This document shows positions 48,529 through 58,616 of a stretch of 64,000 nt of DNA, one piece after another. The DNA comes from Rikenellaceae bacterium (GTDB taxonomy: Bacteria; Bacteroidota; Bacteroidia; Bacteroidales; Rikenellaceae). Position numbers and translations under genes: made by a program. The notes under the pieces are model-generated. The model was not told the DNA's origin and did no database searches. It saw nothing but the letters and a program-made list of their open reading frames with translations. Location: positions 19,316 through 83,315 of the forward strand of contig SUZF01000008.1 of assembly GCA_015060065.1 (NCBI GenBank). The letters are read 5' to 3'. Each line of letters starts with the position of its first letter. Positions within the stretch are counted from its first letter, which is position 1.

Positions 48529-50476
48529 GGGTCATCCGGTCACGCAGGTCACCGGCAACAACCTCCACATCATTCACGCCACGCAATTGCAGCACCTCCG
48601 ACTCGTATTGACACGGGCCTACATTGCTAATCTTTGCGGTGTCTCCGTTAATTATCAGCACCGGCTCGGCTGACGATGAGTAGAACTTGATTTTCTGGTC
48701 TGTACGACTACGATACTGGTTGATTTTTCCCTTGATATGCAGTGTGGGAGATGTGCGATTCCACAGCGCGCGGTAGAGATAATAGGTATCCTTCGTCGTC
48801 TTGTGGTCTAACTCTACAAGACCCGCATTCAGCACTCCCGACAGATACCTCGTCGCACCAAAGTCGAACATATTGTTAATCCACGTACCCCAGAAGAGGT
48901 CTGCGCCAACCAACTCGCGCACATATCCTTCGTGGAAGTTGCGCTGCCAGATTGCCGGGGTTTTATTGCCGCGATATTTGGTGTGGGTAATGATATCCGA
49001 AGGCTCTCCAACAGCACTGCATGCGCCATAACTAATCGCCTGTCGCAGATGTTTCCACTCTCCGGCAAGGAGGTCACACCAAATCTTGACATCCGAGATT
49101 TTACCCTTATCCCAGCCAAGACTCTGCTGCCAGACGATAAGGTCAGTGATGAAGTTGATATCTCCGTCTTGATTGCTGCATGCCACGGTCGGGCGCGAGG
49201 GATCGAGTTTTTTCGCGAGAGAGTTTAACTCCTTGACATACCCCATCATCTTCTCGCCACGCGGTTTAAGCAGTGAAAAGACTCCCCACATAACCACCGA
49301 GGGGTGATTGTTGTTTTGTGCAATGATTTCACGCACTTGTGTTCGCCCGTTATCCTCAAAACGACGGGTCGAGAAGTAGGGAATATCGCTCAAAAACGGA
49401 GCCTGCGTAAGCGGGAAATCGACCCACACAAGCACACCCTGCTCGTCACACATGTCGTAGAGGCATTGAGCGTGGGGTGCCGTGGCAGAGCGGATGGCAT
49501 TGGCTCCCATATCACGTATCAGGGTCAAATCCTCGGCATACTGCTTATTGGTCATTGCGTTGCCCACACCTGCACGGTCGTGATAGAGCGCGACGCCTCG
49601 CACCGGTGTAGTTCTACCATTGAGCATAAAACGCTTCTCCGGAGTTACCTCGATTTTTCGGAATCCCGTGCGAATCGAGAGGGTATCGCTACCCGCCACA
49701 ACGCGCACGTCATAGAGTTTCGGAGATGCCGGACTCCACAATTCGGGCGTTTCAATGGCAAAGGGAACAGTTACCGCCTTGCCGTCGGTCTTGGCGCGTA
49801 GGCTCTTATGCACAGCAGCATAGCCGTCGGGGCCGATAATCGACAAGGTCACATTACACATCGACTCGCGGGTGGATGTAAGATAGATAACTGCCTCGCC
49901 ATCAACTCGCTCACGCGATACGCTGTGCTGGTTTATCATAATGCCGTCGGTACCATAAAACATCGGTGTTACGGTTGTCGGCTCGGTAACGATAAGTTCC
50001 ACATCGCGATAGATTCCGCCATAGAGATTCATCTCGGTAGAGGTGGGTAGAACATCGTTCTGGTAGGCGTTGCTCACCATCACGTGCAGCAGATTATCGC
50101 CATCAAAACGCACCTTGTCGGTAATCTCGAAGGTAAATGCCGTCCATCCGCCACGATGCTCGCCGATATGCTCTCCGTTGAGGAAAACATCGGCAACACT
50201 CTGCACACCAAAGAAGCGTAGGAAGAGACGCTTACCGCTCCACTCGGAGGGAATGTAAATCTCGCGCAGGTAGTTTCCCGTGGTCTGCTCATAAGTTCGC
50301 GACCCGGTCAGCGCATCGAGATTCCACGTATGGGGAACGGTCACATACCTGGCATTATCGCCCGTGTTCTCGTTCTTGAAGAAGAATCTCCAATCGTTAT
50401 TGAGCGAATAGACCTCTCGCGCCTCAACCGCGAAAACCGACATAACTGCCAGCAGAATAAGTATATATCGTTTCAT
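48497..50476 (-). CDS. GH2 family beta-galactosidase-like protein, probably catalytically altered
   Basis: Signal peptide; LNNDWRF, HRGGWTAF, GGIYRDV, GFRKI, MGANAIR, NHPSVVMW; expected NE and SEYG motifs are substituted. Confidence 0.8.
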   Translation of the reverse strand: MKRYILILLAVMSVFAVEAREVYSLNNDWRFFFKNENTGDNARYVTVPHTWNLDALTGSRTYEQTTGNYLREIYIPSEWSGKRLFLRFFGVQSVADVFLNGEHIGEHRGGWTAFTFEITDKVRFDGDNLLHVMVSNAYQNDVLPTSTEMNLYGGIYRDVELIVTEPTTVTPMFYGTDGIMINQHSVSRERVDGEAVIYLTSTRESMCNVTLSIIGPDGYAAVHKSLRAKTDGKAVTVPFAIETPELWSPASPKLYDVRVVAGSDTLSIRTGFRKIEVTPEKRFMLNGRTTPVRGVALYHDRAGVGNAMTNKQYAEDLTLIRDMGANAIRSATAPHAQCLYDMCDEQGVLVWVDFPLTQAPFLSDIPYFSTRRFEDNGRTQVREIIAQNNNHPSVVMWGVFSLLKPRGEKMMGYVKELNSLAKKLDPSRPTVACSNQDGDINFITDLIVWQQSLGWDKGKISDVKIWCDLLAGEWKHLRQAISYGACSAVGEPSDIITHTKYRGNKTPAIWQRNFHEGYVRELVGADLFWGTWINNMFDFGATRYLSGVLNAGLVELDHKTTKDTYYLYRALWNRTSPTLHIKGKINQYRSRTDQKIKFYSSSAEPVLIINGDTAKISNVGPCQYESEVLQLRGVNDVEVVAGDLRDRMTLTIGNVLKSR

Positions 50477-50576
50477 AGCCACAGCGAATTATAGTGCAAA
50501 TATAGGAATAAACGAAAAAAAATGCTAACTTCGTGCGCATAAAGTGCGTTTTGCGCCTATTCAAACACTTTTTAAG

Positions 50577-51101
50577 ATGGGAATATTTGATATTGTCATT
50601 TCGGTTTTTGCCCTGATTGCGCTGGTTACCGGTTGGCGCAAAGGATTGATTATTCAAGTTTGCAGCATTGCTGCAATCATCGGAGGAATGTGGCTCGCAG
50701 CGGCATTTGGCGAGGAGGTTGGTACGCTCTGCTCTATTGATGTCAAATATGCCAAGGCTGCGGGATTTCTTATCATCTTCTTCGTGGTGCTTATCTTGGT
50801 GGCTGTTTTGTCGCGTGTGGCAAAAAAATTCTTTAAGTTTGTCGGTCTTGGGGTTTTAGATTCTGTGTTCGGAGCCTTGCTGTCGGTGGCAAAGGTCGGT
50901 TTGGTTATCGGCATTCTCTGCTCGGCATTCAATGCTCTGAATGGCGATGGCCGCTTTGTCAAGACGCAAACTCTCGACAACACCATATTTTTCCGCCCGC
51001 TCTGCCGCGCCACCGAGGTCTTTGACCTCTTCGACATAGACGAAGTTGGCAAAACGCTGGAAGAGACGACAAAGAGCGTGACAAATCAAACCGATGTCTG
51101 A
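50577..51101 (+). CDS. cvpA: CvpA / colicin V production family membrane protein
   Basis: FDIVI..G.RKGLI, four TM segments, LDSVFGA. Confidence 0.85.
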   Translation: MGIFDIVISVFALIALVTGWRKGLIIQVCSIAAIIGGMWLAAAFGEEVGTLCSIDVKYAKAAGFLIIFFVVLILVAVLSRVAKKFFKFVGLGVLDSVFGALLSVAKVGLVIGILCSAFNALNGDGRFVKTQTLDNTIFFRPLCRATEVFDLFDIDEVGKTLEETTKSVTNQTDV

Positions 51102-52023
51102 TATGATGCAAAAGGGTGTTGTAATTTGTGCCACAGGAAGTTGGTACGACGTTTTGGCGGAGGATGGAACGACTCGCAAGTGTCGTATCCGCGGCCGTAT
51201 GCGCCTCAAAGGCGTGCGCTCGACCAACCCTGTCGTCGTGGGGGACGAAGTTCTCTTCACGGAAGAGGGTAGCGACTTCGTTATCGAAGAGTTGTCGCCA
51301 CGACGCAACTACATCATCCGTCGCGCCTCAAACCTCTCGAAGGAGTCGCATATCATAGCGGCAAACATCGACCGCGCAATGTTGGTCGTAACCCTTGCCT
51401 CACCGCGTACTGCCCCCGAATTTATCGACCGCTTTCTTATCACATGCGAGGCATACTCTATCCCCGCAACCATCTTGTTGGCGAAGATTGACCTTGCCAC
51501 AGAGTGTCGCGAGGAGGTTAAGGCCTTCCGCTCGATATACGAGAGTGCCGGATATGAGGTGGTCGAGATTTCAGCGAAGTTCGGCACGGGTCTCGACCGG
51601 GTGAGAGAACTTGTTTCGGGCGCAACAACCCTCGTTGCGGGCAATTCGGGAGTGGGAAAATCGACCCTTATCGGGGCATTGGAGCCAACCCTCGACGTGC
51701 GCACAGGCGAGATTTCGCAGAGCCACCACAAGGGTCGCCACACAACCACTTTCTCGACGATGTATCCCCTCACGGGCGGAGGCTCGATTATCGACACTCC
51801 GGGAGTCAAGGGATTTGGTCTGATAGATATCGAGGATGCGGAACTCTGCCGCTTCTTCCCTGACATGATGCGCTATGCCCCCGAATGTCGATACTACAAC
51901 TGCACGCACATTCACGAGCCGGGGTGTGCCGTAATTCGTGCCGTCGAGAAGGGAGAAATCGCCTACTCGCGCTACGAGAGTTATCTGAAAATTTTGGATG
52001 AAGATGAAAAATACCGAAAATAG
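51094..52023 (+). CDS. rsgA: Ribosome small subunit-dependent GTPase A
   Basis: NPVVVGD, IAANID, GNSGVGKSTL, GRHTTT, IDTPG, C.YYNC.H.HEPGC. Confidence 0.96.
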   Translation: MSDMMQKGVVICATGSWYDVLAEDGTTRKCRIRGRMRLKGVRSTNPVVVGDEVLFTEEGSDFVIEELSPRRNYIIRRASNLSKESHIIAANIDRAMLVVTLASPRTAPEFIDRFLITCEAYSIPATILLAKIDLATECREEVKAFRSIYESAGYEVVEISAKFGTGLDRVRELVSGATTLVAGNSGVGKSTLIGALEPTLDVRTGEISQSHHKGRHTTTFSTMYPLTGGGSIIDTPGVKGFGLIDIEDAELCRFFPDMMRYAPECRYYNCTHIHEPGCAVIRAVEKGEIAYSRYESYLKILDEDEKYRK

Positions 52024-52699
52024 AGCCAAAACGACCGAGTGGTACCGCGAGCGTATCGACTACCTGCGTGAGTTTATGCGCGAGGAGCGTTACGACACCC
52101 TTTGTCGGTCGTTGGCTATGCGCACAAAATATATGACCCTGATGGCGGAGAACACGTTTCATCCCCACAATGCCAGCGCGTTGGTGCGCCACTGCGAGGC
52201 GTTTGGCGTGCAGACGATGCACACGGTCGAGACACGCTGCAAGTTTGATTTGAGCGAGAATATCATGCGCGGAACAGACAAGTGGGTCGATATCAAGAGT
52301 CACAACTCAACAGCAGAGGCGTTGGCAACCTTGCGTCGAGAGGGTTATCGCATTGTGGCAACCACACCCCACCGCGAAAGTTGTACTCCCGAAACCTTTG
52401 ATGTCACAAAGGGCAAATTTGCACTGGTCTTCGGCACCGAGCATGCCGGCATCTCCGACGAGGTTATCGCTGCGGCAGACGAGTTTTTGAAGATTCCGAT
52501 GTGCGGAATGGTCGAGAGCCTGAACGTCTCGGCATCGGCAGCAATCTTGGTCTATATGCTCTCGGAGCGTATGCGCCACGAGGTCGAGGGGTGGCAACTC
52601 TCGGAGGAGGAGTATCACGAAACTCTATACCGCTGGGCAAGGGAGAGTGTGCGCGACGATGAAAATGTGTTGAAACGTCACTTTGGCGAAGATTTTTAG
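52004..52699 (+). CDS. TrmH/SpoU family tRNA methyltransferase
   Basis: HNASALVR.CEAFGVQ, VFGTEHAGIS, IPMCGMVESLNVSASAA. Confidence 0.88.
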   Translation: MKNTENRAKTTEWYRERIDYLREFMREERYDTLCRSLAMRTKYMTLMAENTFHPHNASALVRHCEAFGVQTMHTVETRCKFDLSENIMRGTDKWVDIKSHNSTAEALATLRREGYRIVATTPHRESCTPETFDVTKGKFALVFGTEHAGISDEVIAAADEFLKIPMCGMVESLNVSASAAILVYMLSERMRHEVEGWQLSEEEYHETLYRWARESVRDDENVLKRHFGEDF

Positions 52700-52780
52700 A
52701 CTTTTATTACAATTTTATTACGCTTATTACGCGTCGGGTCGGTGAGGCTCGATAGCGCAGGCAATCAAAATTAGAGAGAG

Positions 52781-53986
52781 ATGGCAAACGAGATATTACG
52801 AAAGGCTTTTTTGGCGCATGTCGGTCAGACGTCGCCCTCGCCGATGATGATAGAGGTAGAGCGTGCCGAAGGGGTGTTCTTCTATACACCCGAAGGCAAG
52901 CCCTACTATGACCTTGTGGCAGGTGTGTCGGTCAGCAATGTAGGACACGCCAACCCTGCCGTCGTGAAGGCTGTACAGGAGCAGGCGGCAAAGTATATGC
53001 ACGTTATGGTCTATGGCGAGATGGTCGAGCGACCACAGGTTGAGTATGCCACGCGCATAGCCTCATTGCTTCCGGGGGATATCGACAGCGTCTATTTCCT
53101 CTCGACCGGAGCCGAGGCTGTCGAGGGAGCGTTGAAACTTGCCAAGCGATACACCGCCCGACGGGAGATTATCTCGATGCGCCGCGCCTATCACGGCTCC
53201 ACGCACGGAGCAATGACCCTTATGGGGTCGCCCGAAGGCGAGGAGTGGAAGGGTGCTTTCCGCCCTCTGATGCCCGATGTCCGCTCGATAGAGTTTAACG
53301 ACTTCGGACAACTCTCCGAAATAACGGAACGTACCGCCTGTGTAATTGCCGAGCCGGTACAGGGCGAGGCGGGTGTGCGACCTCCCAAGGAGGGATATCT
53401 TGCTGCGCTGCGCAAGCGTTGCGACGAAGTGGGGGCATTGCTTATCTTTGACGAAATCCAGACCGGCTTCGGTCGCACGGGCGAGATGTTTGCCTCGCTC
53501 AAATATGGCATTACGCCCGATATTGTCTGTATGGCAAAATCGCTTGGCGGCGGTATGCCTCTCGGAGCCTTCGCGGCTCGCAGGGAGGTGATGAACACGC
53601 TGACCCACAACCCTGTACTCGGACACATCACGACCTTTGGAGGTCATCCCGTGTGCTGTGCTGCGGGACTTGCCGCTCTCGACTATCTCGAACAGAACAA
53701 CATCGTCGGACAGGTCGAAGCGAAGGGTGCGCTTTACGAAGAGTTGCTCTCCGACCACCCTGCCGTGTGCGAAATTCGTCGCAGCGGTCTGCTGCTGGCG
53801 GTTGAACTCGGCACATCGGAGCGCATGTTCCGAATGATGGAACTCTTTGCCGAGAAGGGTATTATGAGCGACTGGTTCCTCTTCTGCGACACGGCTTTCC
53901 GCATCTCGCCACCGCTGGTTATCTCCGAAGAGGAGATTCGCGACAGTGTGCGCATAATTCGCGACTGTCTTGACCAACTCGCATAA
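52781..53986 (+). CDS. Class III PLP aminotransferase (acetylornithine aminotransferase-like)
   Basis: YDLVAGVSV.NVGH, GAEAVEGALK, YHGSTHG, EPVQGEAG, FDEIQTGFGRTG, AKSLGGGMP. Confidence 0.88.
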   Translation: MANEILRKAFLAHVGQTSPSPMMIEVERAEGVFFYTPEGKPYYDLVAGVSVSNVGHANPAVVKAVQEQAAKYMHVMVYGEMVERPQVEYATRIASLLPGDIDSVYFLSTGAEAVEGALKLAKRYTARREIISMRRAYHGSTHGAMTLMGSPEGEEWKGAFRPLMPDVRSIEFNDFGQLSEITERTACVIAEPVQGEAGVRPPKEGYLAALRKRCDEVGALLIFDEIQTGFGRTGEMFASLKYGITPDIVCMAKSLGGGMPLGAFAARREVMNTLTHNPVLGHITTFGGHPVCCAAGLAALDYLEQNNIVGQVEAKGALYEELLSDHPAVCEIRRSGLLLAVELGTSERMFRMMELFAEKGIMSDWFLFCDTAFRISPPLVISEEEIRDSVRIIRDCLDQLA

Positions 53987-54174
53987 TCCACGGCATTTGT
54001 GGCGTAAATTTCGAAACATATACCAAATTTTTTATAACTTTGTGCGTTATTGGGTAGTATTGCCCGATTTACCGCAAAGATAGGGGGGGGTAAAGGTGTC
54101 TGCCGAGGTGTTTTAATCGAGGCATCTGCTCCTTCTGCCCGATGAATGAGAAAATTTGAATAAAATTACAAGAT

Positions 54175-55197
54175 ATGAACAACAAAATTAACGACCTGCT
54201 GAAACGTGTCGAGGAGTTCGCGCCCAAGTCGGCAGCCGAAGTAGAGGAGTTCCGCATCAAGGTTCTCGGCAAGAAGGGCGAAATGAATGCCCTGCTCGAA
54301 GAGTTTAAGAGCGTTGCCCCTGAACAAAAACGCGAATTTGGACAGAAACTCAACCATCTCAAAAATCGCGCATTGGAGCGTGTAAATAGCCTCAAAGAGG
54401 AGTTCGCCTCGATGGCAACTCCGGCAACGGCTGTGGGCGACATGACCCGTCCGGGCAGTAGCGAGGAACTTGGCTCGCGCCATCCGATTTCGCTTGTGAA
54501 GAACGAGATTTGCGATATCTTCTCGCGCTTGGGTTACACCATTGCCGATGGTCCCGAAATCGAGGATGATTGGCACGTCTTTTCGGCACTGAACTTCCCG
54601 CCCGAACACCCCGCTCGCGATATGCAGGACACCTTCTTCATCGAGAAGAATCCCGATGTGCTGTTGCGTACCCACACCTCCTCGATTCAGGTTCGCACCA
54701 TGGAGCGTCAAAAGCCGCCCATCCGTGTAGTGTGTCCGGGTCGTGTGTTCCGCAATGAGGCAATATCGTACCGCGCACACTGCATCTTCCACCAGATTGA
54801 GGGTCTCTACATCGATGAGGGTGTCTCGTTTGCAGATATGAAGCAGTCGATTCTCTACTTTGCGAAGGAACTCTTTGGCGAGAGCGCAACGATTCGTATG
54901 CGCCCGTCGTACTTCCCCTTCACGGAGCCTTCGGCAGAGGTCGATGTGTCGTGTAATCTCTGCGGTGGCAAGGGATGTCCCGTCTGCAAGGGTACCGGAT
55001 GGTTGGAGATTATGGGTTGCGGAATGGTCGATCCCAATGTCCTCGAAGCGAGCGGTATAGACTCGAAGAAGTATTCGGGCTTTGCGTTTGGTATGGGAGT
55101 TGAGCGTATCGCAATGCTCAAATTTGGTGTGAAGGACTTGCGCCTCTACTTCGAGAACGATGTGCGCTTCCTGCACCAATTCGACAGCGTACTGTAA
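54175..55197 (+). CDS. pheS: Phenylalanine--tRNA ligase alpha subunit
   Basis: LNFPPEHPARDMQDTFF, LRTHTS, FHQIEGL, FPFTEPSAE, GFAFGMGVER; -7 box 54035-54042. Confidence 0.97.
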   Translation: MNNKINDLLKRVEEFAPKSAAEVEEFRIKVLGKKGEMNALLEEFKSVAPEQKREFGQKLNHLKNRALERVNSLKEEFASMATPATAVGDMTRPGSSEELGSRHPISLVKNEICDIFSRLGYTIADGPEIEDDWHVFSALNFPPEHPARDMQDTFFIEKNPDVLLRTHTSSIQVRTMERQKPPIRVVCPGRVFRNEAISYRAHCIFHQIEGLYIDEGVSFADMKQSILYFAKELFGESATIRMRPSYFPFTEPSAEVDVSCNLCGGKGCPVCKGTGWLEIMGCGMVDPNVLEASGIDSKKYSGFAFGMGVERIAMLKFGVKDLRLYFENDVRFLHQFDSVL

Positions 55198-55232
55198 TAA
55201 ACCGTTTTTGATTTCATTCACTTCGCTCCTTT

Positions 55233-57011
55233 ATGCGTCGAGTCGTTGCCATACTGCTCTTGTGCCTTTTTTTCTCGTGCGGATTCATCAAGGCGCCGCA
55301 GCAGAAGGTTACGACCATTGACGTACCCGGTTCGGGGCGTTGCCTGTTTCTCTACACCGAGGGAATCAAGCGCAACATCATCGATAACGATACGTTGCAG
55401 GCTCGAAATCTCTTTTTGAAGGCTCTCGAAGTCGATTCTACCTACGCTCCGGCACACTACGAGTTGGCAGCAAATATTCTCTATGAGCAGCCCTCAAAGG
55501 CTATCCGACATGCTCGACGTGCCGTTGAACTCGACTCCACAAATCGTTGGTATCTCCAACTCTATGGGCAGGCTCTGCTTGTTGGCAGACGATATGTGGA
55601 GGCTCTGCCCGTATTCGAAAAGTTGGTACGCACCGAGCGCAATCCCGACCACTATCGCCTGCTGGCGGCTCTTTATGAGCAGGATCGTCGCCCCTTTTCG
55701 GCAATAGCCATCCTCGACTCGGCAGAGCGTCAGTTTGGATTAAACCCCTACCTTGGCGAGATGAAACGTCGTCTGCTGCTCTCGACCCGACAATTCGACA
55801 AGGCTCTCGATGAGGCAAAGAAAATGGTGGAGGCAATTCCCTATGCACCTGAAAATCACATTGCACTGGGCGAGGTATATGCCTTGATGAAGCGCGATTC
55901 ATTGGCAGAGATTTCGTTGCGACGTGCTGTGCAGACCGACTCGACAAGCATTGCCGCATGGGCGGCTCTCGGAGAGTTCTACCACCAAAAGGGAGATATG
56001 GGAGCCTACTTCGATGCCACATACCGCCTTGTGAATCTCGAAAATCTCCCCGTGGCGGATAAGATTGATATCTTCCGACAACTGACCGCCAATCGCACGT
56101 TCTATCAAGAGAATTACCACCGCATAGATATCCTTGCGACGATGCTCCACAACCGCAATCCGGAGAATCGCGAGGTTATGGAACTCTTTGCCGAGCATCT
56201 GATTCGGTCGGGCAAACTCAACGAGGCTCTTGCCCTCTACAAAGCGCAGGTGGGTCGTGCCGATGCCGACCGCGAAAGTTATACGGCTGTAATGGAGATT
56301 GAGAGTTATCTCGGACACGCCGACTCGGTGTCGCTATACCTGCATAAAGCCCTTGTCCGCTTCCCCGAAGATGCCGAACTCTATATCCGACGTGGGCATC
56401 TTCATCTTCTCGACAAGGAGTATGACAAAGCCATAAAGGGGTATTGTGAAGCATTAAAGCATGCCGGAAACGACACCTTGCGTAGCACAATCTGGGGCTA
56501 TATCGGTGACACATATCATCAGCAGGCAATTCGTGGCGAAGAGGTGGTCATCGAAGGTGCTTTCGGCACTCGCTCTGCCAATAAGGTCGAGCGTAAAAAT
56601 ATGGAGCGTTGCTACGACTGCTACACCAAGGCTCTTACGCTCCACGCGGACAATGCCGGCGTTTTGAACAACTACGCCTACTTTCTCTCGCTCGAAGAGC
56701 GCGACTTGGAACGGGCCCTGACGATGGCGGAACGCGCAATATCGCTGACCGAGAACAACCCAACATATCTCGACACCAAGGCGTGGATTCTCCACAAGTT
56801 GGGACGTAACGACGAGGCAAAGCGCGCAATGCGACAAGCAATATCGCTTGACAGAACCAACAGCGCAGACCTTCAACTGCACTACGGAGATATCTTGGCG
56901 GCTCTGGGAGAACGATTTATGGCAGAGGTTTATTGGCGCAAAGCGCTTGATAACGGATATGACAAAGGCAGCATAGAGCAACGACTCAATCGCCTCAAAC
57001 AAAAGAAATAG
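55233..57011 (+). CDS. Tetratricopeptide repeat lipoprotein
   Basis: Lipobox FFS-C; many TPR units; VLNNYAYFL, YLDTKAWIL, HYGDIL. Confidence 0.85.
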   Translation: MRRVVAILLLCLFFSCGFIKAPQQKVTTIDVPGSGRCLFLYTEGIKRNIIDNDTLQARNLFLKALEVDSTYAPAHYELAANILYEQPSKAIRHARRAVELDSTNRWYLQLYGQALLVGRRYVEALPVFEKLVRTERNPDHYRLLAALYEQDRRPFSAIAILDSAERQFGLNPYLGEMKRRLLLSTRQFDKALDEAKKMVEAIPYAPENHIALGEVYALMKRDSLAEISLRRAVQTDSTSIAAWAALGEFYHQKGDMGAYFDATYRLVNLENLPVADKIDIFRQLTANRTFYQENYHRIDILATMLHNRNPENREVMELFAEHLIRSGKLNEALALYKAQVGRADADRESYTAVMEIESYLGHADSVSLYLHKALVRFPEDAELYIRRGHLHLLDKEYDKAIKGYCEALKHAGNDTLRSTIWGYIGDTYHQQAIRGEEVVIEGAFGTRSANKVERKNMERCYDCYTKALTLHADNAGVLNNYAYFLSLEERDLERALTMAERAISLTENNPTYLDTKAWILHKLGRNDEAKRAMRQAISLDRTNSADLQLHYGDILAALGERFMAEVYWRKALDNGYDKGSIEQRLNRLKQKK

Positions 57012-57020
57012 AGAATCGAA

Positions 57021-58160
57021 ATGACCTTGACAAAGCATATAACCCGAACTCTCCTACTGCTGGTGGCAACTATTACTGTCACCCTGCCCGCCATGGCGCA
57101 AAACAGCAAGAAGATTGCCGAGCAACAGCGTGTGATTGCCAACCTCGAAAAACGAATTGCCGAGGACGAGCGCAAAATCAAGGAACTAAAAAGTTCGAAA
57201 AGTTCAACCCAAAAGAGGGTCTCGCTGCTCACTCGCCAAATCGAGTCGCGCAACCATCTTCTCAATGCCAATCGCAAGCAGATACGCCTGCTCAACAAGG
57301 ATATCAACCGCGCCGATAGTGCTGCGCGCAAACTCTCGTCACAACTCGAACACACCAAGGCCCAATATGCCGAACTCGTGCGCGAGACCTATCGCAACTA
57401 CCGACACAACAACTACTTATCGTATATCTTCTCGTCGGAATCATTCACGGATGTTGTCCGTCGCATAACAATCCTGCGCAACGTGGCAATGGCTCGTAGT
57501 GCGAAAATCAAGGAGATTGACCGACTTAACCACGAGGTTGCCCGCCATCGCGACACCCTCGCCCGTCGTCAGGAGGCCTTGAACGCAACCCGTCGCAACC
57601 TTAACACCCAGAAGCAACGCCTGCAAAAGGATGCCAACACGGCTCGGCAGACGGTCAAAAATCTATCGAAACAGGAGCAACAGACCCTGCGCAACAAGAT
57701 TGCACGCGAAGAGAAATTGGAGGTTGCAATCAACGAATTGCGCCGCCTGACAAAGGGCAACAAGGAGGGAGCGTCGTTCTCGAAGATGACCTCGAATCTC
57801 AACCTGCCCGTAGTCGGTGGTACGGTACGCAAGTACAAGGGTAATATGGCGGAAATTGTGGGTCGTAAGGATGCGGGGATAATCTCGATATATGCAGGCA
57901 AGGTCCTCGACATCAAGCGTAACCGCATAACCAACAAATATGACGTCTATGTGGCTCACGGAGAGTATATCTCGACCTACGCCAACCTCTCGGAGGTGTG
58001 CGTTGCGAAGGATTCCAAGGTGGCGAAAAATCAACGTATAGGAACTATCGGCTCATCGGTGAATCTGACCACAATGGAGATGGAGTACAAGATGGTTTTC
58101 GGCATCTACTCGCCCAATCCGAGTGAGGTGATGCAGGCCTCTAAATGTTTCAAAAAATAG
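57021..58160 (+). CDS. EnvC-like murein hydrolase activator (coiled coil plus degenerate M23 domain)
   Basis: Signal peptide, long coiled coil, LNLPV.G, AHGEYISTYANL lacking HxH zinc ligands. Confidence 0.8.
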   Translation: MTLTKHITRTLLLLVATITVTLPAMAQNSKKIAEQQRVIANLEKRIAEDERKIKELKSSKSSTQKRVSLLTRQIESRNHLLNANRKQIRLLNKDINRADSAARKLSSQLEHTKAQYAELVRETYRNYRHNNYLSYIFSSESFTDVVRRITILRNVAMARSAKIKEIDRLNHEVARHRDTLARRQEALNATRRNLNTQKQRLQKDANTARQTVKNLSKQEQQTLRNKIAREEKLEVAINELRRLTKGNKEGASFSKMTSNLNLPVVGGTVRKYKGNMAEIVGRKDAGIISIYAGKVLDIKRNRITNKYDVYVAHGEYISTYANLSEVCVAKDSKVAKNQRIGTIGSSVNLTTMEMEYKMVFGIYSPNPSEVMQASKCFKK

Positions 58161-58166
58161 AGTACA

Positions 58167-58604
58167 ATGGCTATAAAATATCATACCGAGGATTGTAATT
58201 ATCGACTTGCCGCACGTCGCAAGGTCCGCGAGTGGCTCCACACAGTGGCACAAGAGGAGGGGTATCGCATCGAGGAGATTAACTACATCTTCTGCTCGGC
58301 ACGTCATCTGCTCGATATGAATCGGCAATTTCTCGGACACGACTACTTTACCGATATCATAACCTTCGATTACAGCGAACTTGGCGAGGGTTTCGTTGCG
58401 GGCGATATATTTATCGACGTGGAGACCGTAGCCGACAATGCTCGTCTCTACGGAGCAACCCGACGCGAAGAGATGTTGCGTGTGGTTGTTCATGGACTGC
58501 TCCACCTCTGCGGACAGAAGGACAAAACACCTCGTGCCAACCGCCAGATGCACCGCAAGGAGGATAAATACCTTGCCCTCTACAAGTCGATGTTTCAAGA
58601 ATAA
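58167..58604 (+). CDS. ybeY: rRNA maturation endoribonuclease YbeY
   Basis: HDYFTDIITF, GDIFI, HGLLHLCG. Confidence 0.95.
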   Translation: MAIKYHTEDCNYRLAARRKVREWLHTVAQEEGYRIEEINYIFCSARHLLDMNRQFLGHDYFTDIITFDYSELGEGFVAGDIFIDVETVADNARLYGATRREEMLRVVVHGLLHLCGQKDKTPRANRQMHRKEDKYLALYKSMFQE

Positions 58605-58616
58605 GGATTGCAAAAG

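Noticed and set aside
54043-54174. T-box riboswitch or Phe attenuator peptide before pheS
   Set aside because: No T-box consensus, no terminator with U-tract and no Phe-rich uORF
57800-58160. M23 domain without zinc ligands as a novel pseudo-enzyme
   Set aside because: Degenerate M23 sites are the known hallmark of EnvC-type activators
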